Source: Pavona decussata
Taxonomy: Eukaryota
Length of the DNA: 64,000 bases
Assembly: GCA_977016875.1 (NCBI GenBank)
Contig: CDRNST010000196.1
Location: 1,178,001 to 1,242,000 of the forward strand
Reading direction: 5' to 3'
Shown here: one piece after another, positions 57,801 through 62,790 of the stretch
Layout of the letters: every line of letters begins with the position of its first letter
Position numbering within the stretch: the first letter of the stretch is position 1
Notes under the pieces: model-generated
What the model was told of the DNA's origin: nothing
What the model saw: the letters and a program-made list of their open reading frames with translations, nothing else
Database searches by the model: none
Made by a program: the position numbers and the translations under genes

Positions 57801-60800
57801 AGTTTTCAATCTCCAACCAAAACCACTCTCTGCTGTTCACTCCTTGACCACATCAACCGGTCTGGCTTTGCAAATTGGTGGCAAACCAGAAAGTCAGCAG
57901 CACCATGTTGAAGGTGAAATGTGCAAAACCTTTTTCACACCATGGTGTACTGCACACCCTAACATCCTCCTCCTTCTTTTACAATGAGTGCGAGGAAACC
58001 AAATAATAAATAGAATAAACGAGATGAAAGACATATGGTCCTAAGCTACAACAGATACGAAACTTTATATACCCAGAGAGAGTGCATCCAAGATAGTTCT
58101 AAATGAACAACTGGTTTTGATACACGGCCTGATCGCGTTTTTTTAACTATGGTTGGTCAGATGCCTTTTCCTTTGTGGTGTAAAATTGGCTTAGGTGCCT
58201 TGGGGTTTCTTTTATGCCTTCTAAGGCTGGAATCGGTGAACTAACACCAGGATAAGAGGTGCTTGGAGATGACGGCAGTGGTAAAATTTCATCTTCAGCC
58301 CTCCTCAATGTTGGTTTGTGGCAGATGACTGGCTGAGGCTTCTGAGAGGCAGAAGATAGCTGTGCTGTGTTGGATGGTTCATCTGAAACCACAGCAGTGG
58401 GTAATGTGCAGATGAGCAGTTTTTCATCCACATCTTCAGGATGAGGGTGTCCGGTGGGGGTGGGGCTGCTGGGCGAAAGTGTACTCGGTTCTTTCTAGTG
58501 AGCCCAATGGGGGCTCTCTAAGATACATGATCTGGGGGAGGGTAGGGCTGTTCCAAGACCATACAACCATGGAGCAGACTTGTGGAAGGGTGACGGTTTG
58601 ACATAGATGAAATCACTGATTTCCATACGTGGCAGTGTGCCGATGGCCCTGGTGTGTTAATGGTGTTAAGTTTGGGCTCGTTTGTTTGGTAGGAAGCAGT
58701 CTACGTGTAAGGCGTCACATGCCCCATTGTACTAAGGTTAGGGTGTGACTGACATGGTTGGGGGGTGGGGGGTGTTTCTGTACAGGAGAGGTTTGTGTAG
58801 GCTGGGTTTACCAGATTTTTTAGAATCCACTTGACCATTTTCACTTAGGCTTCTGATTTCCCATTGCCTGGTGGCCAGGAAGGTGAGCTTGTGCTGTGTT
58901 GGATCTGGTATTTTTGATAGAGCCTTTTAAAGTCAATTGCAATGAATTGGGCACTGTTGTCAGTAAGGAATACCATAAAATACCATGACGAGTAATTTGA
59001 CCTTCTGTTTTTGTTGCAATTGTGATGGATAAAATGTTATCCAGCGCATCGACTACGATGAAATCAGAGTAACGATCTGTTGTGACGAGGTAGGCACCTG
59101 ACTCAAATTCACAGAGGTCTTGACTGACGAGCTGCCATGGGTATCATGGCGTTGGCTGTGACTTCATAGGGGCCTTATAGTTCCGTGTTTAAAATTGTGC
59201 ACACTTATCACAGGAGTGGCAGAGCTCTAGAAAGTCAGACTTCATCCCTGGCCAAAAGCCAACGTCCTTACTGAGACATAGGTTTGATTCTGGTCTGAAG
59301 TTTGCTATGTAAACCTTCTTCAGAACGTGGGCACTTCAGGCCACAGGGATGACTACTGGGTTTTCCTTGTTGATGATCCAATTTTGGCGGTGAGCTCATC
59401 TCTGAAGGTCCAGTAGGAGTGGAGGACCTGGGAGAGTTGTGACTTGCTTAAAAGCCAGCCTTAGATGATGATCTTGGTGAATTCACAAAGGGTAGGATCC
59501 TGTTTATCCAATCTTTGATATCTTCCAACATTTGGGAGGTGATTCGTGGGTTTTGTAAGTGGTGGTCAATGTCAAGTCTGAAGATCTCAAAGTTGCTTTG
59601 CTTCAAGTCGTTAGTGGTAAGAAGTGTGGACCTGGAGAGCGTGTTGGCCAGTAGGAATGAGGTTCCTCTTTTTTGTATGTGACTCTGATAGAGTAACGCT
59701 GCTGCAATGGAGCTGCGTGGAGTGGTTTTTCGAAGACTGTTTCTAGTGATTGGTGGTCAGCCTGAACATTGATTTTAGGGCCATAGATCGACTGGTCCCA
59801 TTTGTCACAGGCTGCCACGATGGGGAGGCATTATTTCACAATCTGGGCCCACAGCTCTTCATTTGGTCATAGTTTACAGGAGATGTAGGCAACTGGCTGG
59901 AGATTACTAGAGTCATCAGGGTGAAGCTGGGCAGCTCCAAAGCCATTTTGCGAAGCATCAACTTGAAGAGTGATCGATTTGTTGACGTCGAAGTGGGGTA
60001 GACATGGAGAGGATGAGATGAGCTGCCTTGCTTTACTGAAGGCCTCTTTATGGACACCTGTCAAAATGAATTCTCTGTCTTACTTTGTGCTGTCAAAGAG
60101 GGGTTTGATAGCATCACAAATATTGGGTAAAAGTGGTTGAGGTAGTTTACCATGCCACAGAATCGTATCACTCCTTTGTTTGTCTGTTGGGACAGGCATG
60201 TTTGATATGGCTCTAACCTTGCTAGGGTCAGGTTCTATGCCTTGCTCAGATATCACATGTCCCATGAAGGTGATCTTTGACAGCTTGTATTGGGTTTCTG
60301 TGGGTTGAAATTTAGGTTCCTTTCACGGGCATGGCTCAAAAGGGTAAGGTGTCACCTTGACCCACCACAAGTATGTCATCAGTTATGCAGTAAACCCAGA
60401 GCTTCATGCATTTCATAGCTGAAGTTCTTCTGGGGCATTGCTAATCTCATAAGCAAGGCGTAACCAGCAATATCTGCCCCATGGAGCATGCAGGGCCGTG
60501 CACAAGCTCGCTTGCTCTGTGACGTTTATCTGAGTTAAACCATGAAGGGCATGAAAGATCGAAAAGGTCTTGTGCCTCGTGCCTGACAATTTTGGTAGTG
60601 ACTCTTCAATAGTAGGGATTTGGTAGCGTGGGATGATAGTGGCCTTGTTCAAGTTCTGACTTGGTCCAGACCAAGTCATAGTTTGGCGGTGCCCCCTGTT
60701 CCTGCATCAGCTGGGGGGTTGGAATACTCCTTTCCCACTCTTCACTACGTCATCAAGTTTTGCTTTTACCTTAAGCAGTTTCGCTACTGCTATCCTATGG

Positions 60801-62790
60801 ATACCAGCATGGAATGGGGTGATAAGGTTGAGCCACAGTTCCAAGGCCTCAAAGTTCTCCTCGTAGTGCCATTGTTGGTCATCTTTCTGGGGGGGTTCCT
60901 GGGGAGTTGTTGTGGATTTGTTTGTTGTATTGTGGGGATTTGGTGTTGTCAGATGACTGTGTGGTTTAGGCACGATGTCTGTTGTTGCTGAGGAAAATCT
61001 TGTCTTGTGGGAGGTTATTACTAATTAGACCAAGACGCTAGCTGTCTTTACCACTGATTAGTGCAGGCTCACCAGGCACGTCTGTTGAGTCTATCACTTG
61101 AAACTCCAGTGTTTCAAAGTGACGGTCCTTCACTCACATGCAAGGCTTATTTTACCTATGGGATGGATGGCTTTTCCAGAGTAGGGAAACATCTTTGCAT
61201 AGGATTGCTGTGGTGGGGGAGGGGTGTTCAATATCTTTTTGTAGACTGATGATGGAAGAGTGTTGATACACATTGCTGCTGAATCTACTTGCATTAGCAC
61301 CGGCACTGTTTTTTCAGGGCTCACAGAGACAAGGAGCAAGGTGAAGTACTTGTCATCCTTGAACGAGTTGTCATAGTGAGTGGAAACCAAGAATGATTGA
61401 ACTATGTAGTCATCATCATCAGGGAGGTATCCACAAGGGTGGAGGGTTGTTCGGTAAACTGATGAGCAGTGTCTGTGCACTTAGCAAGTGAGCGCCTATT
61501 GGACATCCTTTGTTTCTTCTCATACCCCACCTTGAACCTGTCCTTGGAAGATCTGCACACTTTACTAAGGTGGTTCTCAGTCATGTAGCAGTTAGTGCAG
61601 TAGGAACCTGGTTTGGTTACGGGGCATTCGTTGTGGGGATGCCTGAGGCCTCCAGACCAGCCGCACTGTGGTTGTGTAGGGTTGTGAGGTTTGCCTGATG
61701 GATTTGTTTCTCCGATAGTAGGTTGGTAGACTGAACAATGGCTATGTTAGTATTGTGGTGAGCTTCCGATGATTTTGCTCAGGCAAGTTGCTCTTCGAAT
61801 GTGTAGGGGGTTTTCTCTTCTTCTTTGTAATGATAGAGGAGTATCTCCCTCAAATCCTTGTTGTGAGCTCCAGTGTATAAGCAGTCACGCATGAGTTTCT
61901 GTAACGGGTTGGTCATTTCTGTAGACCTCGTCTTTTTGGCCATGAATTTGTGTTTCAAAGTCTTATGGAATAAGAGGGGTTTTGTGTACAGCTGAAGATG
62001 ACATTGTCGTGGCCAAAAAAGTGCTCTTCAAGACGTTGCTGGACTTTTCTCCATTGACTTTTCTCGGTTTCAGTCAGCTTTACAAGAATTGTATTGTCGA
62101 AGATGTTCAAGACGTCATCTGATAGCACAAGGTAAATGCTGCTATTTCACACTGTGCTTTGTCAGCAACCCAATGTTATGGTGTATCCGGATCCTTCTTA
62201 AGTTCTTGCCAAGACCATTGTAGAAGGCACCAGGCATCGAATTTCCATCGCCAGATCCTTACACTTGCCAGTTTGTCATTAGATATTATCAACCTCTGAG
62301 GCTTGCTTTCAGCTGGATGTGCTTTGTGATCAATCAGCAATGCTGCGAAGGTTTTCAAGATTATGTTTCGGTTCGCTGGCTTTCTTGGGTTCCCAACATG
62401 GCTAGGTAGGTTTCTCCAAGGGCTTTGTGTAGGTTCTTCACATAGTTTTACTTCTGACACCAAACAGGCAGAAAACAAGAGAGACAGCAGCACCATGCTG
62501 GAGTTGAAACATGAGAAACTTTTATTCTGATTGTGGTGCATTGTGACCCTACAGACCAAGGTTTAAGCACTGCACCAATCAGTTCACACTACCTCGCCAT
62601 CTCATCTGCATGATTCGTTATCTCTGCAACACTCCATCAGCGTCCAATTGTAAATCGTGGTACATGATGCAAAGCAAAATACATTTGTCACAAACCAAGG
62701 GAAAACAGACAAAATTAACTCACTGTATTTGAAGCCTGGTGGAGAGTAATAGTTTGCTGTCCTGGTGGCTATTCCTCCCTTGGCTTGATT
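718..62790 (-). CDS. VPS13: VPS13A/C-like bridge lipid-transfer protein, multi-exon gene (66 exons traced, about 2668 aa; 5' and 3' ends outside window)
   Basis: Spliced translation gives VPS13A/C hallmark motifs in the correct order: [153 protein letters not shown]. GT-AG boundaries (one GC-AG) and exon phases chain without a stop. Confidence 0.95.
1334..1467 (-). CDS. VPS13: VPS13 exon 65
   Basis: FGAVCAEMLTKDSAAIITVTPYYSGAAPVRLENRTKLDICYKQEG. Confidence 0.9.
1770..2035 (-). mobile_element. Degenerate tRNA-derived SINE with central core
   Basis: Minus-strand head TGGCTTAGTGG...GGTTCGAGCC followed by TTCCTTGGG..CCAGGTGTATA..GTACCGGCGAA core and GAGTAGTAATACTCCCAGTTGCTTC tail. Confidence 0.55.
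2121..2249 (-). CDS. VPS13: VPS13 exon 64
   Basis: CIPFWPVSCPSKNLAIRVGDSSEVSPRFNFEPDVTVVLKMNGK. Confidence 0.9.
2402..2470 (-). CDS. VPS13: VPS13 exon 63
   Basis: YPVLLTDSPDETASSWVLVQPGQ. Confidence 0.86.
2863..2949 (-). CDS. VPS13: VPS13 exon 62
   Basis: [29 protein letters not shown]. Confidence 0.92.
3096..3378. mobile_element. MITE (TAGAGCGGTTT...AAACGCTCTA family); degenerate relatives near 26750-26960 and 55370-55620
   Basis: Terminal inverted repeats TAGAGCGGTTTCCAAT / ATTGAAAAACGCTCTA; shared internal CACGCGTTTTCC and GATTGG motifs between copies. Confidence 0.7.
3645..3749 (-). CDS. VPS13: VPS13 exon 61
   Basis: [35 protein letters not shown]. Confidence 0.92.
3957..4022. repeat. 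Poly-A / A-rich low-complexity tract (another at about 22702-22740)
   Basis: Direct reading of sequence. Confidence 0.85.
4320..4418 (-). CDS. VPS13: VPS13 exon 60
   Basis: ASDDDTVIPHPTSLTEPVMFSYRGKGSLFAKNT. Confidence 0.88.
5021..5119 (-). CDS. VPS13: VPS13 exon 59 (VAB/SHR-BD)
   Basis: [33 protein letters not shown]. Confidence 0.93.
5546..5662 (-). CDS. VPS13: VPS13 exon 58
   Basis: LDNYQRSMWKGQIELWKGMDELTTFTLQSTQEAAYGKFL. Confidence 0.88.
6485..6571 (-). CDS. VPS13: VPS13 exon 57
   Basis: GLPLVELKGGDRWPLFSVRLDGKVILHVQ. Confidence 0.85.
6858..7293. mobile_element. Two adjacent Harbinger-like MITEs
   Basis: GTTTCTCAAAAGTCC...GGACTTTCGAGAAAC inverted pair (about 6858-7095), then GTTTCTCAAAGCTCCCGAA...TTCGGCAGTTTGAGAAAC (about 7093-7293). 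Confidence 0.55.
7448..7579 (-). CDS. VPS13: VPS13 exon 56
   Basis: ITCEEVSYASVNGSLEQAPNYILHVYPPAILHNYLPYNIRYATQ. Confidence 0.92.
8122..8230 (-). CDS. VPS13: VPS13 exon 55
   Basis: YGESSTPLLWNRLASEGHLSIQCPPPAGDGPPFQME. Confidence 0.88.
8680..8831 (-). CDS. VPS13: VPS13 exon 54
   Basis: INNHFPIPMDVLCKKDEQLSRITTVQPDSVYSVPLILAHKAALYLRPAGFG. Confidence 0.9.
9186..9272 (-). CDS. VPS13: VPS13 exon 53
   Basis: [29 protein letters not shown] (acceptor position slightly uncertain). Confidence 0.82.
10556..10714. mobile_element. Short MITE
   Basis: TGGTTTGCA...GCCGCTATGTTGGT and ACCAACATGGCCGCC...TGCAAACCA inverted termini. Confidence 0.55.
11096..11173 (-). CDS. VPS13: VPS13 exon 52
   Basis: VQGYHELKAISIKQSRVILHNIIPKK. 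Confidence 0.8.
12075..12221 (-). CDS. VPS13: VPS13 exon 51
   Basis: SRSAVGSDGMVAIAPGQSLSLRFAKGFDKRASKLERASISGAGPSIGIE. Confidence 0.82.
13021..13062 (-). CDS. VPS13: VPS13 exon 50
   Basis: LGMEVKIRPGNKLE. Confidence 0.8.
13154..13234 (-). CDS. VPS13: VPS13 exon 49 (start of VAB domain)
   Basis: AFKEAVALQGSAEVALEDIPPYQIWNE. Confidence 0.88.
14185..14319 (-). CDS. VPS13: VPS13 exon 48
   Basis: FSMANGDSNLDDSSEAALSLNVESKDKLELTVTKTCLDVFTKLGA. Confidence 0.9.
15175..15303 (-). CDS. VPS13: VPS13 exon 47
   Basis: [43 protein letters not shown]. Confidence 0.93.
15390..15560 (+). mobile_element. tRNA-derived SINE; related minus-strand copies near 19040-19170, 47480-47580 and 52470-52565
   Basis: A-box TAGCTCAGTGGTAG, B-box-like GGTTGACTCC, body TTTTCCGAGT..TGTCACTGACTGAAA shared with the other copies. 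Confidence 0.65.
16528..16958. mobile_element. Degenerate MITE with GGAATC/GATTCC subterminal repeats
   Basis: GGTTCACACTGGCAACGGAA... left end, ...GTCACTAGTGCAAACTAGG right end; repeated (C)GGAAT motifs in both orientations. Confidence 0.45.
17042..17161 (-). CDS. VPS13: VPS13 exon 46
   Basis: LVFEMEGFDVKMEGMFGGQVIPLLSVDGSVQGEIRNWSSA. Confidence 0.92.
17290..17351 (-). CDS. VPS13: VPS13 exon 45
   Basis: EEKAPDHIEANEAEKSKEET; phase-1 entry. Confidence 0.8.
17928..18305 (-). CDS. VPS13 exon 44: inserted tandem Tudor/SH3-like module 3
   Basis: 378 nt open, phase 1-1: PEGVLGVGTVVWAHTSKIRYYKGFVS...RVIPDVPPKAANIKPGTRVIAKFKNKPRYYSSTVM...KYHVKLDDGDETWDSLYHLRLL. Confidence 0.85.
19218..19595 (-). 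CDS. VPS13 exon 43: inserted tandem Tudor/SH3-like module 2
   Basis: 378 nt open, phase 1-1: PKGDIVVSTIVFVRCKDDMYQKGFVS...AIVPDIVPDSSALKIGTTVIATFDGFSWEAGNIA...IYRVRFISGGDTWIFSPNGMRIL. Confidence 0.82.
20621..20995 (-). CDS. VPS13 exon 42: inserted tandem Tudor/SH3-like module 1
   Basis: 375 nt open, phase 1-1: QEDQLVPGRRVLARSLTNHHNYDPGFIL...IVQFD...VIIDKNPEPKDLAIGVQVIAKRPKETSYVEGKVI...LYRVDFWDGVEDWNTLETIRIL. Confidence 0.82.
21287..21380 (-). CDS. VPS13: VPS13 exon 41
   Basis: SEEGETKSTENAVELWSEKPITTEDRWYLSP (matches VPS13A/C LW..K...WFL); phase-1 exit. Confidence 0.86.
22894..23046 (-). CDS. VPS13: VPS13 exon 40
   Basis: VLQLSHISLLSSLPEGGNMRVDVSTGMAYVHVSPPTIRTLTACLMSLAPAK. Confidence 0.88.
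24041..24163 (-). CDS. VPS13: VPS13 exon 39
   Basis: NSIDFHFVQGHGQQKMSGSVSDVVITSAAFDKSRRKSTKSR. Confidence 0.86.
24233..24513 (-). CDS. VPS13: VPS13 exon 38
   Basis: VMEIQSFDVVVNLEYLLVLSNVF...ITVQISIKDPEIVLLADARDKDTNALFLK. Confidence 0.9.
24802..24890 (-). CDS. VPS13: VPS13 exon 37
   Basis: MIERFDGGSSEVKNMIDIQFQQASNQDKT. Confidence 0.86.
25726..25898 (-). CDS. VPS13: VPS13 exon 36
   Basis: PTGEKSSRDEDCCLGQFSLVQVATSGKIMSNSVINANVTLQTCLLDDKRPESEDGVTR. Confidence 0.86.
26976..27354. mobile_element. MITE, Kolobok/T2-like
   Basis: TTAA|AGGGACACTGTCAC ... GTGACACTGCCCCT|TTAA. Confidence 0.75.
27750..27877 (-). CDS. VPS13: VPS13 exon 35
   Basis: AEGADQTDATAPNVSEEVWVTVKFSFEIEEVTAAVFWKETAK. Confidence 0.85.
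28305..28601. mobile_element. MITE with long TIRs
   Basis: ATTACTGTGCCTTTCAATAACATACGGACTCTGAACTTCAA vs TTGAACTTCAGAGTCCGCATGTTATTGAAAGGCGCAGTAAT; similarity extends inward about 80 bp. Confidence 0.75.
28672..28722 (-). CDS. VPS13: VPS13 exon 34 (linker)
   Basis: LSQLEASIKPIAQQGL; phase 1-1, strong GTAAG donor, low conservation. Confidence 0.65.
30033..30117 (-). CDS. VPS13: VPS13 exon 33
   Basis: LCAGEDDIRTIMGILFQNLSEGTIPVET. Confidence 0.86.
30497..30848. mobile_element. MITE, Tc1/mariner-pogo type
   Basis: About 33-bp TIRs C(G/A)GTCAA(C/T)CCAGGTCACGCGTGAACA; TA flanks at 30495-96 and 30849-50. Confidence 0.8.
31387..31534 (-). CDS. VPS13: VPS13 exon 32
   Basis: AIMTDGENIGPTRLVLEPASLAVYLARNLSPWYHEVPDIDVMGKLHAVK. 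Confidence 0.92.
32395..32446. repeat. (ATATATAG)n tandem repeat
   Basis: About 6.5 copies of the 8-bp unit. Confidence 0.9.
32569..32801 (-). CDS. VPS13: VPS13 exon 31
   Basis: [47 protein letters not shown]...DNMVVELKSVQLLR. Confidence 0.92.
33672..33752 (-). CDS. VPS13: VPS13 exon 30
   Basis: DFLNKFQRAKDAMEYARKSAAESATAT. Confidence 0.9.
34303..34431 (-). CDS. VPS13: VPS13 exon 29
   Basis: [43 protein letters not shown]. Confidence 0.92.
34558..34648 (-). CDS. VPS13: VPS13 exon 28
   Basis: MKDLSVMDPTPGALYPKIVSIVNQEVFSLE. Confidence 0.88.
35141..35192 (-). CDS. VPS13: VPS13 exon 27
   Basis: LSAYCVVKGSKTEVTAR. Confidence 0.82.
35974..36176 (-). CDS. VPS13: VPS13 exon 26
   Basis: EESPAVSADGSK...KKKKGDQEEVQIEVTAKLGGIGVTVTSLEGDLSHIIVG. 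Confidence 0.86.
36660..36805 (-). CDS. VPS13: VPS13 exon 25
   Basis: VESDHPEYRSRFKSTQQSVDVEFSSLQVKLHQEALLNIIDLSTRMLPP. Confidence 0.9.
37176..37406 (-). CDS. VPS13: VPS13 exon 24
   Basis: IAVDVGTVDKTGDITPCLELAINGLGTKVVMHPWDLTATASLGSL...ELLSVKFMK. Confidence 0.88.
37438..37625 (+). mobile_element. tRNA-derived SINE fragment
   Basis: GTAGAGCAAC...GGCTCGATTCCCAC (A/B-box-like) followed by T-rich body; no acceptor stem. Confidence 0.5.
38382..38469 (-). CDS. VPS13: VPS13 exon 23
   Basis: ESKLEKAKLEAKEALAKQIKVSLEFEIEQ. Confidence 0.85.
39185..39268 (-). CDS. VPS13: VPS13 exon 22 (symmetric phase 2-2 cassette, second FFAT-like motif LFITPPG)
   Basis: LSVLEAGTAEDDDEEEELFITPPGTPSR; 84 nt; paralogous to 3' half of exon 21. 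Confidence 0.72.
39442..39581 (-). CDS. VPS13: VPS13 exon 21 (acidic tract + FFAT-like motif MFMTPPE)
   Basis: DIPVEEWRYGTRTQSNVTSLGVLEASTEVQHEEQEEMFMTPPETLS. Confidence 0.8.
40162..40227 (-). CDS. VPS13: VPS13 exon 20
   Basis: LAQSIPIPGVETAVDQANTKPV. Confidence 0.82.
41533..41605 (-). CDS. VPS13: VPS13 exon 19
   Basis: IKVSGSLPSVKVHVSDDKLQQVIK. Confidence 0.9.
42280..42397 (-). CDS. VPS13: VPS13 exon 18
   Basis: EDWQSARKQVKSRMHILDPMEIDMKLQKALNPDDIRLAQ. Confidence 0.9.
43032..43119 (-). CDS. VPS13: VPS13 exon 17
   Basis: ELSMEDLESKCYDKFDFKLDDLQILIARA. Confidence 0.9.
43173..44522. mobile_element. Non-autonomous long-TIR DNA transposon, Mutator (MULE)-like
   Basis: About 200-bp imperfect TIRs beginning TAGACTGTTCACAGT / ending ACTGTGAACAGTCTA; exact 9-bp flanking duplication TATCAGGAA (43164-43172 and 44523-44531); internal decayed Cys-containing ORF on minus strand. 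Confidence 0.85.
44634..44715 (-). CDS. VPS13: VPS13 exon 16
   Basis: SCDVLVIDLGRLKITSDPDQERIVSTK. Confidence 0.9.
45164..45231 (-). CDS. VPS13: VPS13 exon 15
   Basis: [23 protein letters not shown]. Confidence 0.9.
45748..45832 (-). CDS. VPS13: VPS13 exon 14
   Basis: LSAAAYSRLEDLKSVSKASLAYAVEHHK. Confidence 0.88.
46265..46323 (-). CDS. VPS13: VPS13 exon 13
   Basis: NTIEHVITFFQPPKDVHLSE. Confidence 0.88.
46883..46992 (-). CDS. VPS13: VPS13 exon 12
   Basis: QHLALFNASFETNPLDGKCDQRAVVSSQPVQVIYDA. Confidence 0.92.
47713..47807 (-). CDS. VPS13: VPS13 exon 11
   Basis: VTAKVDMMKMFGSAGNDGKMPLMITSQDDKT. Confidence 0.85.
48090..48167 (-). CDS. VPS13: VPS13 exon 10
   Basis: SVDVARLSFRDLFADLLQRPSAQAIK. 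Confidence 0.88.
49073..49143 (-). CDS. VPS13: VPS13 exon 9
   Basis: YVENKVIVHLKQISVALRDDTGA. Confidence 0.85.
49946..50043 (-). CDS. VPS13: VPS13 exon 8
   Basis: [32 protein letters not shown]. Confidence 0.9.
50354..51812 (+). mobile_element. Full-length IS630-Tc1-mariner DNA transposon (DD37E type), intronic, antisense to host gene
   Basis: Perfect 29-bp TIRs (CAGGGTGTTTCAAAAGTTCGTTCCGATTT at 50354-50382; reverse complement at 51784-51812), TA duplication on both sides, single transposase ORF. Confidence 0.95.
50640..51689 (+). CDS. Tc1-like transposase, 349 aa
   Basis: ATG at 50640; N-terminal HTH with GRP motif (KPRRGRP), FLFTDE, EDGAPAH, WPANSPDLNPIENIW; 37 residues between second D and E. 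Confidence 0.92.
   Translation: MKSDIVSARAQAAILRSSGHSVKEIAKFFNKTERWVNKWSKRECFEDKPRRGRPSVLTNCARKYIEKAKYKRNNSTRKIAKNLQQTNFQLLSITVWRYMTRKGWKAFKRKKIPLLSAKQRKARLRFAKKYAKLTAEDWDNFLFTDECPKYLFQYPNPKNDTVWGSQECDVPPTFQVKQSAKVMVRGGMTGRGLTKLHMLSTGQTVTSEYYINQILEKEVKPLTSRRQVTGGPIERKLFSSKKEMTFVEDGAPAHTSKATQRWCQKNLPNFIAKDGWPANSPDLNPIENIWSIIDETTYKDPAPKTMKELKRQLRFAWKNVTFDTLKELAHSMPRRLENVIKNKGGHSGY
52091..52205 (-). CDS. VPS13: VPS13 exon 7
   Basis: [38 protein letters not shown]. Confidence 0.88.
54008..54070 (-). CDS. VPS13: VPS13 exon 6
   Basis: ELENELDVLNITICRRQAAYE. Confidence 0.88.
54192..54276 (-). CDS. VPS13: VPS13 exon 5
   Basis: GLCRRYKDLFKQKLLQDKPSDSLVKKLE. Confidence 0.85.
55067..55153 (-). CDS. 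VPS13: VPS13 exon 4 (GC donor)
   Basis: [29 protein letters not shown]; donor AG|GCAAGC. Confidence 0.88.
55740..55900 (-). CDS. VPS13: VPS13 exon 3
   Basis: VFLSLVLQEISLVLMRQQYHDVMELLESFDRMATNSTFRKYKPNNPLHGHANQW. Confidence 0.9.
56591..56664 (-). CDS. VPS13: VPS13 exon 2
   Basis: ILQPISATTKVKMNIKPGSDLSIPK. Confidence 0.9.
57246..57581. repeat. Long imperfect inverted repeat (foldback)
   Basis: Outer arms about 57246-57337 / 57485-57581 and inner arms about 57361-57411 / 57436-57488 are reverse complements. Confidence 0.8.
57965..62462 (-). mobile_element. Decayed Ty3/gypsy LTR retrotransposon internal region (gag-PR-RT-RH-IN) in the intron between exons 1 and 2
   Basis: PBS-like TGGTGTCAGAAGT (62450-62462, minus); gag knuckle CTNCYMTENHLSKVC; protease QVDSAA; RT YQIPTIEE..PWGRYCWLRL..ISNAPEE and YCITDDILVVG; RNase H LQVDASQNGFGA; integrase FWPGM..CDKC, PWQLVSQDL; PPT-like AAAAGAAGGAGGAGGA followed by TGTT at 57961-57980; many stops and frameshifts. 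Confidence 0.88.
62724..62790 (-). CDS. VPS13: VPS13 exon 1 (numbering within window)
   Basis: NQAKGGIATRTANYYSPPGFKY; AG/GTGAG boundaries. Confidence 0.8.

Noticed and set aside
59603-62559. Short ORFs as functional genes or a domesticated retroelement
   Set aside because: Fragments of one gypsy gag-pol broken by numerous stops and frameshifts
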